Origin: an uncultured Gemmatimonadota bacterium
GTDB lineage: Bacteria > SM23-81
Length of the DNA: 16,807 nucleotides
Reading direction: 5' to 3'
Assembly (NCBI GenBank): GCA_964584035.1
Contig: CAZOYL010000052.1
Span: 1-16,807 of the forward strand
Position numbers and translations under genes: made by a program. The notes beneath the pieces were generated by a model. That model was given only the letters and a program-made list of their open reading frames with translations. It did not search any database and had not been told where the DNA came from. Shown here one piece after another: positions 1 to 8,577 of this stretch (the first letter of the stretch is position 1; the number at the start of each line of letters is the position of its first letter).

Positions 1-629
1 TGCATGTCGATATCGGCGCCGAACTCCGTGGCGATCTGAAAGCAGATATCGATATGCCGGCGGCGGTCCTCCGGGGTCCGTTCGTTGAAGGGCATCCCGC
101 CGACCACATCGGCCCCCATCCTCATGGCCTCCCGGAGCAGCTGTTCGGTTCCCGGATCCTGCAGGATCCCCTCCTGGGGAAAGGCCACGATCTGCAGGCG
201 TACGACGCCGGCGAACCGGCTCTTGACCTCCAGCAGAGCCTCCACCGGCACCAGGCCGCCGATGGTATCCACATCCACATTGGTCCGGAAGATGGTCGCA
301 CCATGCCCGATTCCCCAGCGCAGCACCCGGCTGGCCCGTTCGACGATGTCCTCAACGGTATAGGCTCTCTTCCTCTCCCAGATGATCTCGATGGCCTCGC
401 CCAGGGTGCCCGAGATGTTGGGCCGAACCGACTCGCTGATCAGGGCCTTATCCAGGTGCACGTGGGGCTCCACGAAGGTCGGCACGGTCAGCCGTCCGCC
501 GGCATCGATCTCCTGCCGGCCCTTTTGCTCAACATGCGGCGCGATCTCGGCGATTTGGCCATCGGCCACGCCGATATCGCGGGTTCCCCGGGTGTGCCGC
601 AGCTGCGCGTTTCGGATCACCAGATCCAT
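1..629 (-). CDS. Cytosine deaminase (CodA)-like metal-dependent amidohydrolase, N-terminal ~209 aa; runs off the left edge
   Basis: Not in the ORF track because it has no stop inside the window. Manual translation from ATG at 629 (SD AAGGAGG just upstream): MDLVIRNAQL...IDAGGRLTVPTFVEPHVHLDKA...RTNVDVD...QIVAFPQEG...GADVVGGMP...DIDM(H). The HxHLDK, AFPQ and DxH motifs match the CodA/AtzC/creatinine deaminase group. Substrate not established. Confidence 0.88.
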   Translation of the reverse strand, partial: MDLVIRNAQLRHTRGTRDIGVADGQIAEIAPHVEQKGRQEIDAGGRLTVPTFVEPHVHLDKALISESVRPNISGTLGEAIEIIWERKRAYTVEDIVERASRVLRWGIGHGATIFRTNVDVDTIGGLVPVEALLEVKSRFAGVVRLQIVAFPQEGILQDPGTEQLLREAMRMGADVVGGMPFNERTPEDRRRHIDICFQIATEFGADIDM

Positions 630-694
630 CCGGCCTCCTTGTCGTGGTCAGGATACGTGTCTCTACAGGCTCGTCCGGCCAGGGCCGCGGCTGC

Positions 695-2647
695 CTATCG
701 GGGCAGGTCGGACAGAGCCACCTCTTCGATGAGCTCGCCGGAACGCGACCAGACCGTCATCTGCACCTGCCGGCCATGGACATTCATCAGACAGTAATGA
801 GGAAGGGACGTGAAATGCCTGACGGCATCGGTCCAGGGCGCCGACCGGTCCTGTCCGTAAAACGGCGCTCCGGCTCCGCCGGAAACGATCTGCCAGACCG
901 GATGGACGTAGTCGGGGTGGATCGAGCCGTCGATATAAGTCCGCGAATAATTATGCTCGTCCCCGAAAAAAGCGGCCAGGACCTTGGGATAGGAGCTGAT
1001 CAGGCTCCAGAAGCGGTCGCGCATGTCGATCACGTCCCCGGAGGGAACGGAGGAATCGTTAAGCCCCACCATGCGGCCGTCCATCTCCTGTCCCCAGAAC
1101 ATGGCATCGCGGAGATGCCCGCCGGCCGGAAAAGCCGGCTCATGGGTGAAGATGACGATCCAATCGACCGTTTCGTCGGCCTGGGCGGCGTCCAGATCCC
1201 TTTTCAGCCAGGCCAGCTGACGGTTCATCAGGTAGCCCTCCCGGCTGCCCCCCACGATCTGCAGGGCCCGGTTGACCGTCTCCACCGAACCGTAATAGAC
1301 GCCCGAATGCCAGTAATTGCTGTTCAGGGAGATGAAATGAACGTTGTCGTAGTTGAAGGAATAGACATTCTCCCGGTAGCTGGGCCCCCTGCCCAGGGGA
1401 AGGTTCAGCGGAGAGAGCAGATCTTCCCAGCCCCGGCCCACCGCCGGCCATTGTTCCTCCGGCTCCGGGGGGCCGAATCCATAGCAGCTGCCGGTGGGAT
1501 TGACGAACTGGGAGGCGAACAGGGCCTCGGCGCTTTCACGGCCGGGCCGGTCGGTGTAAACGGTGAGCGCCTTTTCTCCGGGGACCTCCACCTTCAGGTA
1601 GTCGCCCACCTGTTCGTGATTGCCCATGCCCTCGTAGATGGGAATACGGCAGGCGACCATCTCGACGGCCTTCTTCCAGGTCAGCAGCTGGCGAAGAAAG
1701 CTCCTCCGGCTGGAGGTGTACCCGTTGACCAGATCGCCGCCGAACAGGACCAGATCGGCGCCGCGGTGATAGAGGTCCACCATGAGGGGCTGCAGCGAGC
1801 GATAGTTGCAGCCCCCGAAGCCGTATTCGCCCCCGCCGGGCGCCTGCCGGCTGTCCGAGAGAAAGGCGAAGGAGAACGGCCGTCGGCTGCCCGGCCCGGG
1901 CGCGGTGCGGAACCGGCACGGCGGCCAGGACCAGGTGCGCTCCCGGAAATCCGTATCTCCGGCCATCTCGGGCTGATAGACGACCTCGGTCATCGGCTCC
2001 AGGCCGTCGATGCGGACCTCATGATGACGGGCTTTGAGCGGCTGTCCATCCGGGCCGCGGCTGATCACCATCCGGGCTGACAGCCGCACGCGGGCATAAC
2101 AGGCGCTGTCGGCGTCGAAAGAGATGACGGCCGTGCGATCGGTCACCAGATCGACCATCGGCCCCTCCACCAGGCAGGGCTGCAGACGATAGATCTCTCC
2201 CGAATCGGTCTCCTCCCGCCGGTACCGGAAGCGGCTTTCATAATAATGGACCGCACCCGCCTCCTGATCCATCATCTCCAGACGATAGGCCACCACGCCT
2301 TCCAGGGGAGTGCCCTTGGCCATGTTGTAAGTATCCTGCGAGAAGCGGTAGATTCTTATATCGGCCTCATATCCCTCCTCGACGGGCTCGGCCTTGGCGG
2401 AGAAGCGGAACAGGGGCAGACACAGATCCTGGTCGGCCGGAAAGCCGCCGTAATGCACGTTCACCGTCATGGGTTTGACCGTCCGAAAACTCAGCCGGGC
2501 CCGTCCCTCCTCGATCCCCGCCACCCGAGGATACTCGGCCAGCACCTGCTCCCGGTCCCAGGAAATTTTCTCTACGGTCTGGGCCGCGGCCGGAACGGTC
2601 CGGACCGGCAGCACAGCGATCAAGAGGACGGGCAGCCATCGTTTCAT
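695..2647 (-). CDS. Secreted calcineurin-like metallophosphoesterase (purple-acid-phosphatase-like, with an FN3-like region and an unassigned N-terminal domain), 650 aa
   Basis: Start moved from 2803 to the ATG at 2647 (SD AAGGAG; signal peptide MKRWLPVLLIAVLPVRTVPAAA-Q). PAP N-terminal-like HEVRIDGLEPMTEVVY...FRTAP, then metallophosphoesterase motifs FLSDSR, GGDLVNGY, GNHE, FTHEP and GDEHNY. Confidence 0.85.
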   Translation of the reverse strand: MKRWLPVLLIAVLPVRTVPAAAQTVEKISWDREQVLAEYPRVAGIEEGRARLSFRTVKPMTVNVHYGGFPADQDLCLPLFRFSAKAEPVEEGYEADIRIYRFSQDTYNMAKGTPLEGVVAYRLEMMDQEAGAVHYYESRFRYRREETDSGEIYRLQPCLVEGPMVDLVTDRTAVISFDADSACYARVRLSARMVISRGPDGQPLKARHHEVRIDGLEPMTEVVYQPEMAGDTDFRERTWSWPPCRFRTAPGPGSRRPFSFAFLSDSRQAPGGGEYGFGGCNYRSLQPLMVDLYHRGADLVLFGGDLVNGYTSSRRSFLRQLLTWKKAVEMVACRIPIYEGMGNHEQVGDYLKVEVPGEKALTVYTDRPGRESAEALFASQFVNPTGSCYGFGPPEPEEQWPAVGRGWEDLLSPLNLPLGRGPSYRENVYSFNYDNVHFISLNSNYWHSGVYYGSVETVNRALQIVGGSREGYLMNRQLAWLKRDLDAAQADETVDWIVIFTHEPAFPAGGHLRDAMFWGQEMDGRMVGLNDSSVPSGDVIDMRDRFWSLISSYPKVLAAFFGDEHNYSRTYIDGSIHPDYVHPVWQIVSGGAGAPFYGQDRSAPWTDAVRHFTSLPHYCLMNVHGRQVQMTVWSRSGELIEEVALSDLPR

Positions 2648-2726
2648 CAGCGCTCTCCTTTTCTCAAGCCAAACTTCCATGATAAACCAGAACAACATGA
2701 TCGACCGAACCGTTGCTATTGATCCG

Positions 2727-3221
2727 TTACCGGGCCCCTTCCTGATCCTCTTCGCCGAGAGAGCACCACCTCCCGTGGGTGCGATCCAACTCCCGGCGGG
2801 CATCCTCGACCAGCTCCCCGATGATGTCTCTCAGCGACTGAATCCCGCCGGCCAGACCGACGCTCTGGCCGGCCATGAGCGAGCCGCGCTCCACATCGCC
2901 CTGCTGAACGGCCCGCTGCAGCGCTCCCATCCAGTATTCCTCGACCAAATGCTGGGCTTCCGACTGGGATAGTTTGCCGCGACGGCGGCGCATCAACAGG
3001 TCCACCTGCAGATCGGCGAACTCCTCGGTGCCCCTGTTGCGAATCGCCCTCACCGGCACGACGTGCAGATCGGAACCGGCCGCCGGGCTGGCGAAGGCGC
3101 CTTCCCTGGAAACATCCGCCACCAGCCGGTGGTCGGAGATCCAGGTCATGGCCCCGCAGATGATCGGATAGCGGACTCCCAGAAACTCGCTGCTCCTGCG
3201 CCACAGCCGCTCAACATCCAT
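2727..3221 (-). pseudogene. Nitronate monooxygenase / FabK-like flavoprotein remnant with a large in-frame internal deletion (164 aa ORF)
   Basis: ATG at 3221 with GAGAGGGG upstream. The family N-terminus (FLGVRYPIICGAMTWISD...VS..GAF) joins directly to the family C-terminus (VVPVRAIRN...GDVERGSLMAGQSVGL...IIGELV). The central EAGGH catalytic and AGGI...GTRF FMN-phosphate motifs are absent; full members are roughly twice as long. Confidence 0.78.
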
Positions 3222-3305
3222 GATACCGCCCCTCTCGCCGTTCACCCGGGATGTCCCCAGGCGCGCTTCAGTAAAGGGCGCTCCACGACGGCTGCCGTTT
3301 GGGCC

Positions 3306-3320
3306 GCAGGCGGCGCGCCA
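3306..3320 (-). promoter_or_regulatory. Possible sigma54 (-24/-12) promoter upstream of the NMO-like remnant
   Basis: Minus strand reads TGGCGCGCCGCCTGC versus consensus TGGCACGNNNNTTGC, with correct GG/GC spacing and two mismatches, about 85 nt upstream of ATG 3221. A chance match in GC-rich DNA is possible. Confidence 0.3.
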
Positions 3321-3517
3321 GCGCTGAAGGGCGACCGGGAGACAGGCCGCCCGACCACCGGCCCCTCCGCAGAAGGGCGCGGCCGGCCTGCCGGCCGACT
3401 CCGGCATATCGCCGCAGCACCCAGGGCGCCCGGCGGATGATCTTCTTTCTTCTCATCTGAATATCGACAAGCCGCGGCCCGCAAACGCTGCCGAGAGAAC
3501 CTCCCGGTCAGCCGTCA

Positions 3518-3988
3518 TCAGCGACGGGCAGCGGATGCCGCGGCCCGGACGGCTCTAAAAATGGTCTCATATCCGGTGCACCGGCACAGGTGGCCGCCCA
3601 GCGCCTCCCGGATGTGTTCCTCGGTGGGATGTGGATGCCGGTCGAGCAGGGCCTTGACGGCCAGCACCAGACCCGGAGTGCAGAAACCGCACTGGATGGC
3701 CCCGGCTTCTACGAAGGCCGTCTGGATGGGATGCAGCCGGCCGCCGTCAGCCAGCCCCTCGATGGTTTCCACCACGGCCCCATCGGCCTCTATGGCCAGC
3801 ATGAGACAGGACCGCACCGGCTCGCCGTTGACGATCACGGTGCAGGCCCCGCATTCCCCGTCGCCGCACCCTTCCTTGGCGCCGGTCAGGTTCAGCTCGA
3901 CCCGCAGAAACTCCAGCAGCGTCTGATGCGCCGCCACCTCGGCGGTGATCGGCTCCCCGTTCACGGTCAGACCGATCTGATGCGCCAT
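3518..3988 (-). CDS. Xanthine dehydrogenase family small subunit with two [2Fe-2S] clusters (XdhC/CoxS-like)
   Basis: KEGCGDGECGACTV...SC and QCGFCTPG...HLCRCTGY motifs; 156 aa; SD GAGGG; directly follows the FAD subunit. Confidence 0.96.
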   Translation of the reverse strand: MAHQIGLTVNGEPITAEVAAHQTLLEFLRVELNLTGAKEGCGDGECGACTVIVNGEPVRSCLMLAIEADGAVVETIEGLADGGRLHPIQTAFVEAGAIQCGFCTPGLVLAVKALLDRHPHPTEEHIREALGGHLCRCTGYETIFRAVRAAASAARR

Positions 3989-3998
3989 CTCGTTTCCC

Positions 3999-4856
3999 TC
4001 AGCTCAACAACTGTTCCAGGGCCATCTGCGTCATCACCCCGACCATCCGCTTCTTATACTCCGGTGAGGCCCGCAGGCTGGTCGCCCTGGGGCTCAAACC
4101 GCTCTGGATATCCCTTCGCAGGCGCTCCAGCAGCCGATCGTCCACCTCCCGGCCCCTGAGCATCTCCTCGACGACGCCGGCCCGCACCGGCGTTGGAGCC
4201 ATGGCCCCCATGGCGATGCGAATCTCCCGCTGCCGGACGTCGCCGGGATGGATGACCACCACGGCCACGCTCACCGAGGCCAGGTCCATTCCGCGAACCC
4301 GGCTGCGCCGCAGATACATCCCGCGGGAGCCGGGGGGCAGCTCCGGAATGATGATCCGGGTCAACAATTCGCCGGGCTTCAGGGCCGTCTTCCCCGGACC
4401 CCGCCAGAAGTCGGACACCGGCAGGCGGCGTGTCCCTTCGGACCCGACCACCTCCACCTGCGCATCCAGCGCAGCCAGAGGCGAACCCGACTCGGCCCCG
4501 GGGGAGGCGTTGGCCACATTCCCCCCCAGGGTGGCCCGCCGGCGGATCTCATAACAGCCCATCACCTGTGCCGCCTGATGCAATACCGGGCACAGCTCCC
4601 GAACCAGATCGGATTCCACCAGCTCCTGGAAGTCGACCAGGGCCGCCAGCGACAGATGACCGTTCTCCCGGACGATGCCGCGGCAGGCCTCCAGGCCCTT
4701 GATGTCCACCAGGGCCGGCGGCTGCAGCTGACCCCGGCGGATCCTGACCAGCAGATCGGTCCCGCCGGCCAGCGGCCTGGCCTCCGGGATCTGGCGGAGA
4801 CATTCCAGCGCCTCGTCAAGGTCACCGGGCCGGTGATATTCGAAGGGATACAGCAT
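3999..4856 (-). CDS. Xanthine dehydrogenase family FAD-binding subunit (XdhB/CoxM-like)
   Basis: FEYHRP, LAGGTDL, ATLGGNVANASP and GELLT motifs; 285 aa; no Cys-rich 4Fe-4S insertion. Confidence 0.95.
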   Translation of the reverse strand: MLYPFEYHRPGDLDEALECLRQIPEARPLAGGTDLLVRIRRGQLQPPALVDIKGLEACRGIVRENGHLSLAALVDFQELVESDLVRELCPVLHQAAQVMGCYEIRRRATLGGNVANASPGAESGSPLAALDAQVEVVGSEGTRRLPVSDFWRGPGKTALKPGELLTRIIIPELPPGSRGMYLRRSRVRGMDLASVSVAVVVIHPGDVRQREIRIAMGAMAPTPVRAGVVEEMLRGREVDDRLLERLRRDIQSGLSPRATSLRASPEYKKRMVGVMTQMALEQLLS

Positions 4857-4882
4857 GATGCCGGTTCCTCGCTGTTCGGGGA

Positions 4883-7243
4883 TCAGGCCTTGCGACCGGC
4901 GCTTGCGGCCGTTTCCGGGGCCAATCCCTGGAAGACAACCTCCGCCGTCATGGGCAGTCCGGTCAGCTCCAGGCCGCTGGCCCGGGCGATGGCATTACCG
5001 ATGGCCGGGGCCACGGCCACGGTGCCGTGCTCGGCCAGGGGACGGACGCCGAACTCGCTGTCCGCCAGAGGGGTCTCGAGAAAGATGACGACGTACTCGG
5101 TGTCCATCACATCGCCGGGAGTGGGCACCTTATAATCGGTCAGCGAATCGTTGCGGATGCGTCCCTCGGGAGAATAGATCAGCTGCTCGCTCAAAGCGGC
5201 GCCCAGGCCGGTGGCCATGGCACCTACCAGCTGCCCTCTGGCCAGCTCGGGATTGACCACCCGTCCGACGTCGATGGCCGTGACCAGCTTGTCGATGCGG
5301 ACCTCCCCGGTGCGCCGGTCCAGGCTGACCACCGCCCCCTGGCAGCCGAAGGTCCACTCGGCGGCCAGATGGCCCTGCCCCGTTTGAGGATCGGGATGCG
5401 TCAATCCCCGGGGAAGGTACCAGCCGCGCCCCACCACCGGCTCACCGACGGCCTGTCCATCCGACCGCATCGCGCCCATGGCCACCTCCGAAAAGGTCAC
5501 CTCTGTCCGGGGATCCCGGCGCAGAAAGAGTTTCTCGAATCCATGTTCCACCCCATCCGGATCCACATCCCACAGCCGGGCGGCGATCTCCTTCATCTGC
5601 CGGATGGCATCCCGGGCCGCCCGGGCAATGGCGTTGCCCACCTTCCAGGTGGTGGTACTGGCCACGGTCTGCCACTCGTAGGGGCACACATCGGTATCGA
5701 TGACCTGGCGGATGCGGATCTTGCCCGGGACCATCTTGAGGGCCTCGGCGGCCAGCTGGGAGAGGGCCGTGAAGGACCCCTGGCCCATCTCGGTGCAGCC
5801 CACCAGAACGTTGGCCGAGCCGTCCTCGGCGAATTTGATGATGGCTCCCGAGGCGGCGTTGGTGGACATCACCGGCGATTTCATGAAAGCGGCCAGCCCC
5901 GAGCCGGTCAGGACATGGGCGGATGTTTTCCTCTTGGCGGACGCGGCGCCCTTTTTCAGCTCCTTTTCCACCGCATCGATACATTCGCCGAACCGGGAGC
6001 AGGATGTATCCATCTTCTGGCCGAAGGCGTTCACCATTCCGGGGCGGAGGATATTGCGGCGGCGCAGATCCACGGGGTCGATGTCCAGCTCCCGGGCGAT
6101 CAGGTCCATGTGCCGCTCGACCATCCAGTGCACCTCGGGATGGCCGTAGCCCCGATACGCTCCCACCGGCGGCGTGTTGATATAGACGCCGTAGGAATCC
6201 ACCTCGACATGGGGAATGTGGTAGGGCCCGGTGGCGTTATGACCGGCTCCCTCGACGATGTTGATACAGTAATCGCCGTAGGCGCCGGCTCCGAAGATCA
6301 GCTCGATCTGCTCGGCCGCCAGGGTGCCGTCCTTCATCACCCCGGTCCGGATGGTCATCCAGCAGCCCCTTCCCAACACGGTGCCGGAGAACATCTCCTC
6401 CCGGGTCAGCACCAGGCGGACGGCGTGCCCCGGGATCCGGCGGGCCGCCCAGGCCACCAGAGGCTCGAGGGTGACATCCGATTTGCCGCCGAAGCCGCCT
6501 CCTAAATAGGGAACGATCACCCGGACATCGGCGTGATGCAGCCCGAAAGCCGCGGCCAGGCTGTGGCGGACGAAAAAGGGCGACTGGGCGCTGGTCCAGA
6601 TCTTGAGACGGTCCCGGCCCGACCACAGGGCGATGGTCCCGTGCGGCTCCAGCTGGGCGTGGGAGATATGGGGAAACCGGAAGCGGTTCTCCACCACCCG
6701 GTCGGCCCGGCGGAATCCCTCCGTCAGCGAGCCTTTGCGCAGCCGATAGTGATGAAAGATGTTGCTTCCCGGACGGGGATGAAAGCTGGGCGCATGACGG
6801 TAATCGCCCAGGTCCGGATGAATCAGCGGGGCGCCCCGGGCCATGGCCTTCCGGGGATCCAGCAGCACCGGCAGGGGCTCATAGGTCACCTCGACGCGTT
6901 CCAGTGCGGCCCGGGCGGCCCCGGCGGTCCTGGCGACGACGGCCGCCAGCGGCTCGCCCACGTGACGAACGCGATCGACGGCCATGGGGGGCTGATCGAA
7001 GATGCAGGAGCCCAGCAGCACGGATCCCTCTCTCCCGGTCACCACCGCCACCACTCCGGGCATCTGCTCGGCCCGGTCGGTCTTCAGGCCGACGATGCGC
7101 GCGTGGGCCCGGGTGGAGCGGAGCACTTTCATGTGCAGCATGTTGGGCAGCCGGATGTCGGCCACATAGCGGGCCGATCCGGTGACCTTGTCGACCGCGT
7201 CCACCCTCGACAGACTCTCCCCTAAAGCGCGCGGCTCACTCAT
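4883..7243 (-). CDS. Xanthine dehydrogenase family molybdopterin-binding large subunit (XdhA/CoxL-like), 786 aa
   Basis: RVDAVDKVTGSARY, LEPHG, GGGFGGK, GAYRGYG, EMGQG, DVGRVVNP, DYKVPT and a C-terminal catalytic Glu (RPLAEHG); start overlaps the upstream stop (ATGAGTGA). Confidence 0.95.
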   Translation of the reverse strand: MSEPRALGESLSRVDAVDKVTGSARYVADIRLPNMLHMKVLRSTRAHARIVGLKTDRAEQMPGVVAVVTGREGSVLLGSCIFDQPPMAVDRVRHVGEPLAAVVARTAGAARAALERVEVTYEPLPVLLDPRKAMARGAPLIHPDLGDYRHAPSFHPRPGSNIFHHYRLRKGSLTEGFRRADRVVENRFRFPHISHAQLEPHGTIALWSGRDRLKIWTSAQSPFFVRHSLAAAFGLHHADVRVIVPYLGGGFGGKSDVTLEPLVAWAARRIPGHAVRLVLTREEMFSGTVLGRGCWMTIRTGVMKDGTLAAEQIELIFGAGAYGDYCINIVEGAGHNATGPYHIPHVEVDSYGVYINTPPVGAYRGYGHPEVHWMVERHMDLIARELDIDPVDLRRRNILRPGMVNAFGQKMDTSCSRFGECIDAVEKELKKGAASAKRKTSAHVLTGSGLAAFMKSPVMSTNAASGAIIKFAEDGSANVLVGCTEMGQGSFTALSQLAAEALKMVPGKIRIRQVIDTDVCPYEWQTVASTTTWKVGNAIARAARDAIRQMKEIAARLWDVDPDGVEHGFEKLFLRRDPRTEVTFSEVAMGAMRSDGQAVGEPVVGRGWYLPRGLTHPDPQTGQGHLAAEWTFGCQGAVVSLDRRTGEVRIDKLVTAIDVGRVVNPELARGQLVGAMATGLGAALSEQLIYSPEGRIRNDSLTDYKVPTPGDVMDTEYVVIFLETPLADSEFGVRPLAEHGTVAVAPAIGNAIARASGLELTGLPMTAEVVFQGLAPETAASAGRKA

Positions 7244-8489
7244 ATTGATCTCCGAAAGCGATCAGAGCCTCCTGGAAGGATTCCATCGGCGCCCGCAGGA
7301 TCCCGGCGCCCACCTGGCCGACGCCGGCCTCGCGGTGGGCGATGCCGGTATTGATGACGGGAAGGATGCCGGTCTCCACCACCCGGCGGATATCGATGCC
7401 CACCGGCACGCCCATAAAATCAAGGGCCGGCATCTGCAGGTCGCGGTGCCGGGCCACACAGATCTCGTACATCTCCCGGGTGGTATCCAGAGCGTCGGCC
7501 GGATGACCGCCGACGAACTTGACGATGGCCGGGGCCGAGGCCATGGCGAATCCGCCCAGACCGACCGTCTCGGTGATGGTGCTGTCGCCCAGGTCGGGAT
7601 TGGCATCCGACTCGGTCCGGCCGGGGAAAAAGAGTCCCCTGGGAATTCCGGCCGGGGCCGTAAACCAGCGGTTCCCCAGGCCGGCCACCTGAAGGCCGAA
7701 ATCGGTTCCGTTGCGGGCCATCAGGCTGATCACGGAACAGTCCCTCAGGCCGGCGATGGTATCGGCCGTCGCCTTGCAGGCGGCCATGGAGAGATTGAGG
7801 AAGAAGTGGGCGTTGCCGGCCATGAAATCGGTGATCTCCCTGACCACCGATCGCTCCAGATCGGATCCCAGCAGGTGCGGCAGCAGCTCTTTTAGAATGA
7901 TGTGGCTGGCCGCCATGTTGCGGTTATGACATTCATCCCCCATCTGCAGGGCCTGGGCGATGATGTTCTTCAGATTGATCCCCCCGGCCCCCTCCAGGGC
8001 CCGGGCCAGACCGGGCCCCAGAACCAACTCGATCCACTTGAGCCGCTCGATGACCTCGCGGCTGTAAGCGCCGAATCGGAGGACCTTCCCCAGACCCTCG
8101 TTGAGAGTACAGAAGGCATAATTGCCGAAGGTCTTGTTGAGAACGACCCACACCGGCATCGACGGCGAGACGACCCCGGCCATGGGGCCGACGGCCTGAT
8201 GGTGATGGCAGGGATCGAACCGTATGGTCCCGCCGGCGGCCAGCTCCTTGGCCTCCTCGGGCGTGGCGGCCAGCCCCTCGTAGATCAGGGCGCCGATCAC
8301 GGCTCCCCGCACGGGCCCGCACATGCGGTCCCATTCAATGGGCGGCCCGGCATGCAGAATGGTCTGCGAGGTCATCCCGGGGATGGCCTCGGCAGCCGTG
8401 GCCACATCGACCAGAAACGGCTGGGAATCCATCAGCCGCTCGGCGGCCTGGGCATTGGCGCTATCGATACGCTCACCGATGGTCGGCAA
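7236..8489 (-). CDS. DUF1116 family protein (YlbE/AllG- and YahG-like), 417 aa
   Basis: ILHAGPP, PCHHHQAVGPMAG, LNEGLGKVLRFGAY, MGDECHNRN, FFLNL, NPDLGDS.ITE, PVINTGIAH and GQVGAG motifs; TTG start with AGGAGG 5 nt upstream. Confidence 0.93.
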   Translation of the reverse strand: MPTIGERIDSANAQAAERLMDSQPFLVDVATAAEAIPGMTSQTILHAGPPIEWDRMCGPVRGAVIGALIYEGLAATPEEAKELAAGGTIRFDPCHHHQAVGPMAGVVSPSMPVWVVLNKTFGNYAFCTLNEGLGKVLRFGAYSREVIERLKWIELVLGPGLARALEGAGGINLKNIIAQALQMGDECHNRNMAASHIILKELLPHLLGSDLERSVVREITDFMAGNAHFFLNLSMAACKATADTIAGLRDCSVISLMARNGTDFGLQVAGLGNRWFTAPAGIPRGLFFPGRTESDANPDLGDSTITETVGLGGFAMASAPAIVKFVGGHPADALDTTREMYEICVARHRDLQMPALDFMGVPVGIDIRRVVETGILPVINTGIAHREAGVGQVGAGILRAPMESFQEALIAFGDQYE

Positions 8490-8544
8490 AAGAACCTCCT
8501 GTGGTTCCCGGGGACGTCACAGCATCCCGGCAAGAAAAACCATT

Positions 8545-8577
8545 TGACGGCCGCGGCAGAGACCGAACGGCCGGTCA
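8545..8577 (-). other. GC-rich hairpin starting at the fdrA stop codon (possible mRNA stabiliser or weak terminator)
   Basis: Minus strand TGAC(C)GGCCG-TT-CGGT-CTCT-GCCG-CGGCC-GTCA is an imperfect inverted repeat, followed by AATGGTTTTTCTT. Confidence 0.4.

Noticed and set aside
2665..2710. Possible sigma70 promoter before the metallophosphoesterase (TATCAT -10 on the minus strand)
   Set aside because: No credible -35 hexamer at 16-18 bp spacing; too weak to call.
2648..2803. N-terminal extension of the metallophosphoesterase ORF to 2803
   Set aside because: It overlaps the upstream remnant; the ATG at 2647 has a good SD and begins a signal peptide.
3222..3484. Extension of the NMO-like ORF to 3407 and small ORFs 3242-3484 and 3268-3456
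   Set aside because: Low-complexity Arg/Ala/Gly/Pro translations with no convincing SD or motif; family similarity begins at Met 3221.
3518..7243. Aerobic CO dehydrogenase (coxLMS) or 4-hydroxybenzoyl-CoA reductase
   Set aside because: The large subunit lacks the AYxCSFR loop and the FAD subunit lacks the Cys-rich 4Fe-4S insertion.
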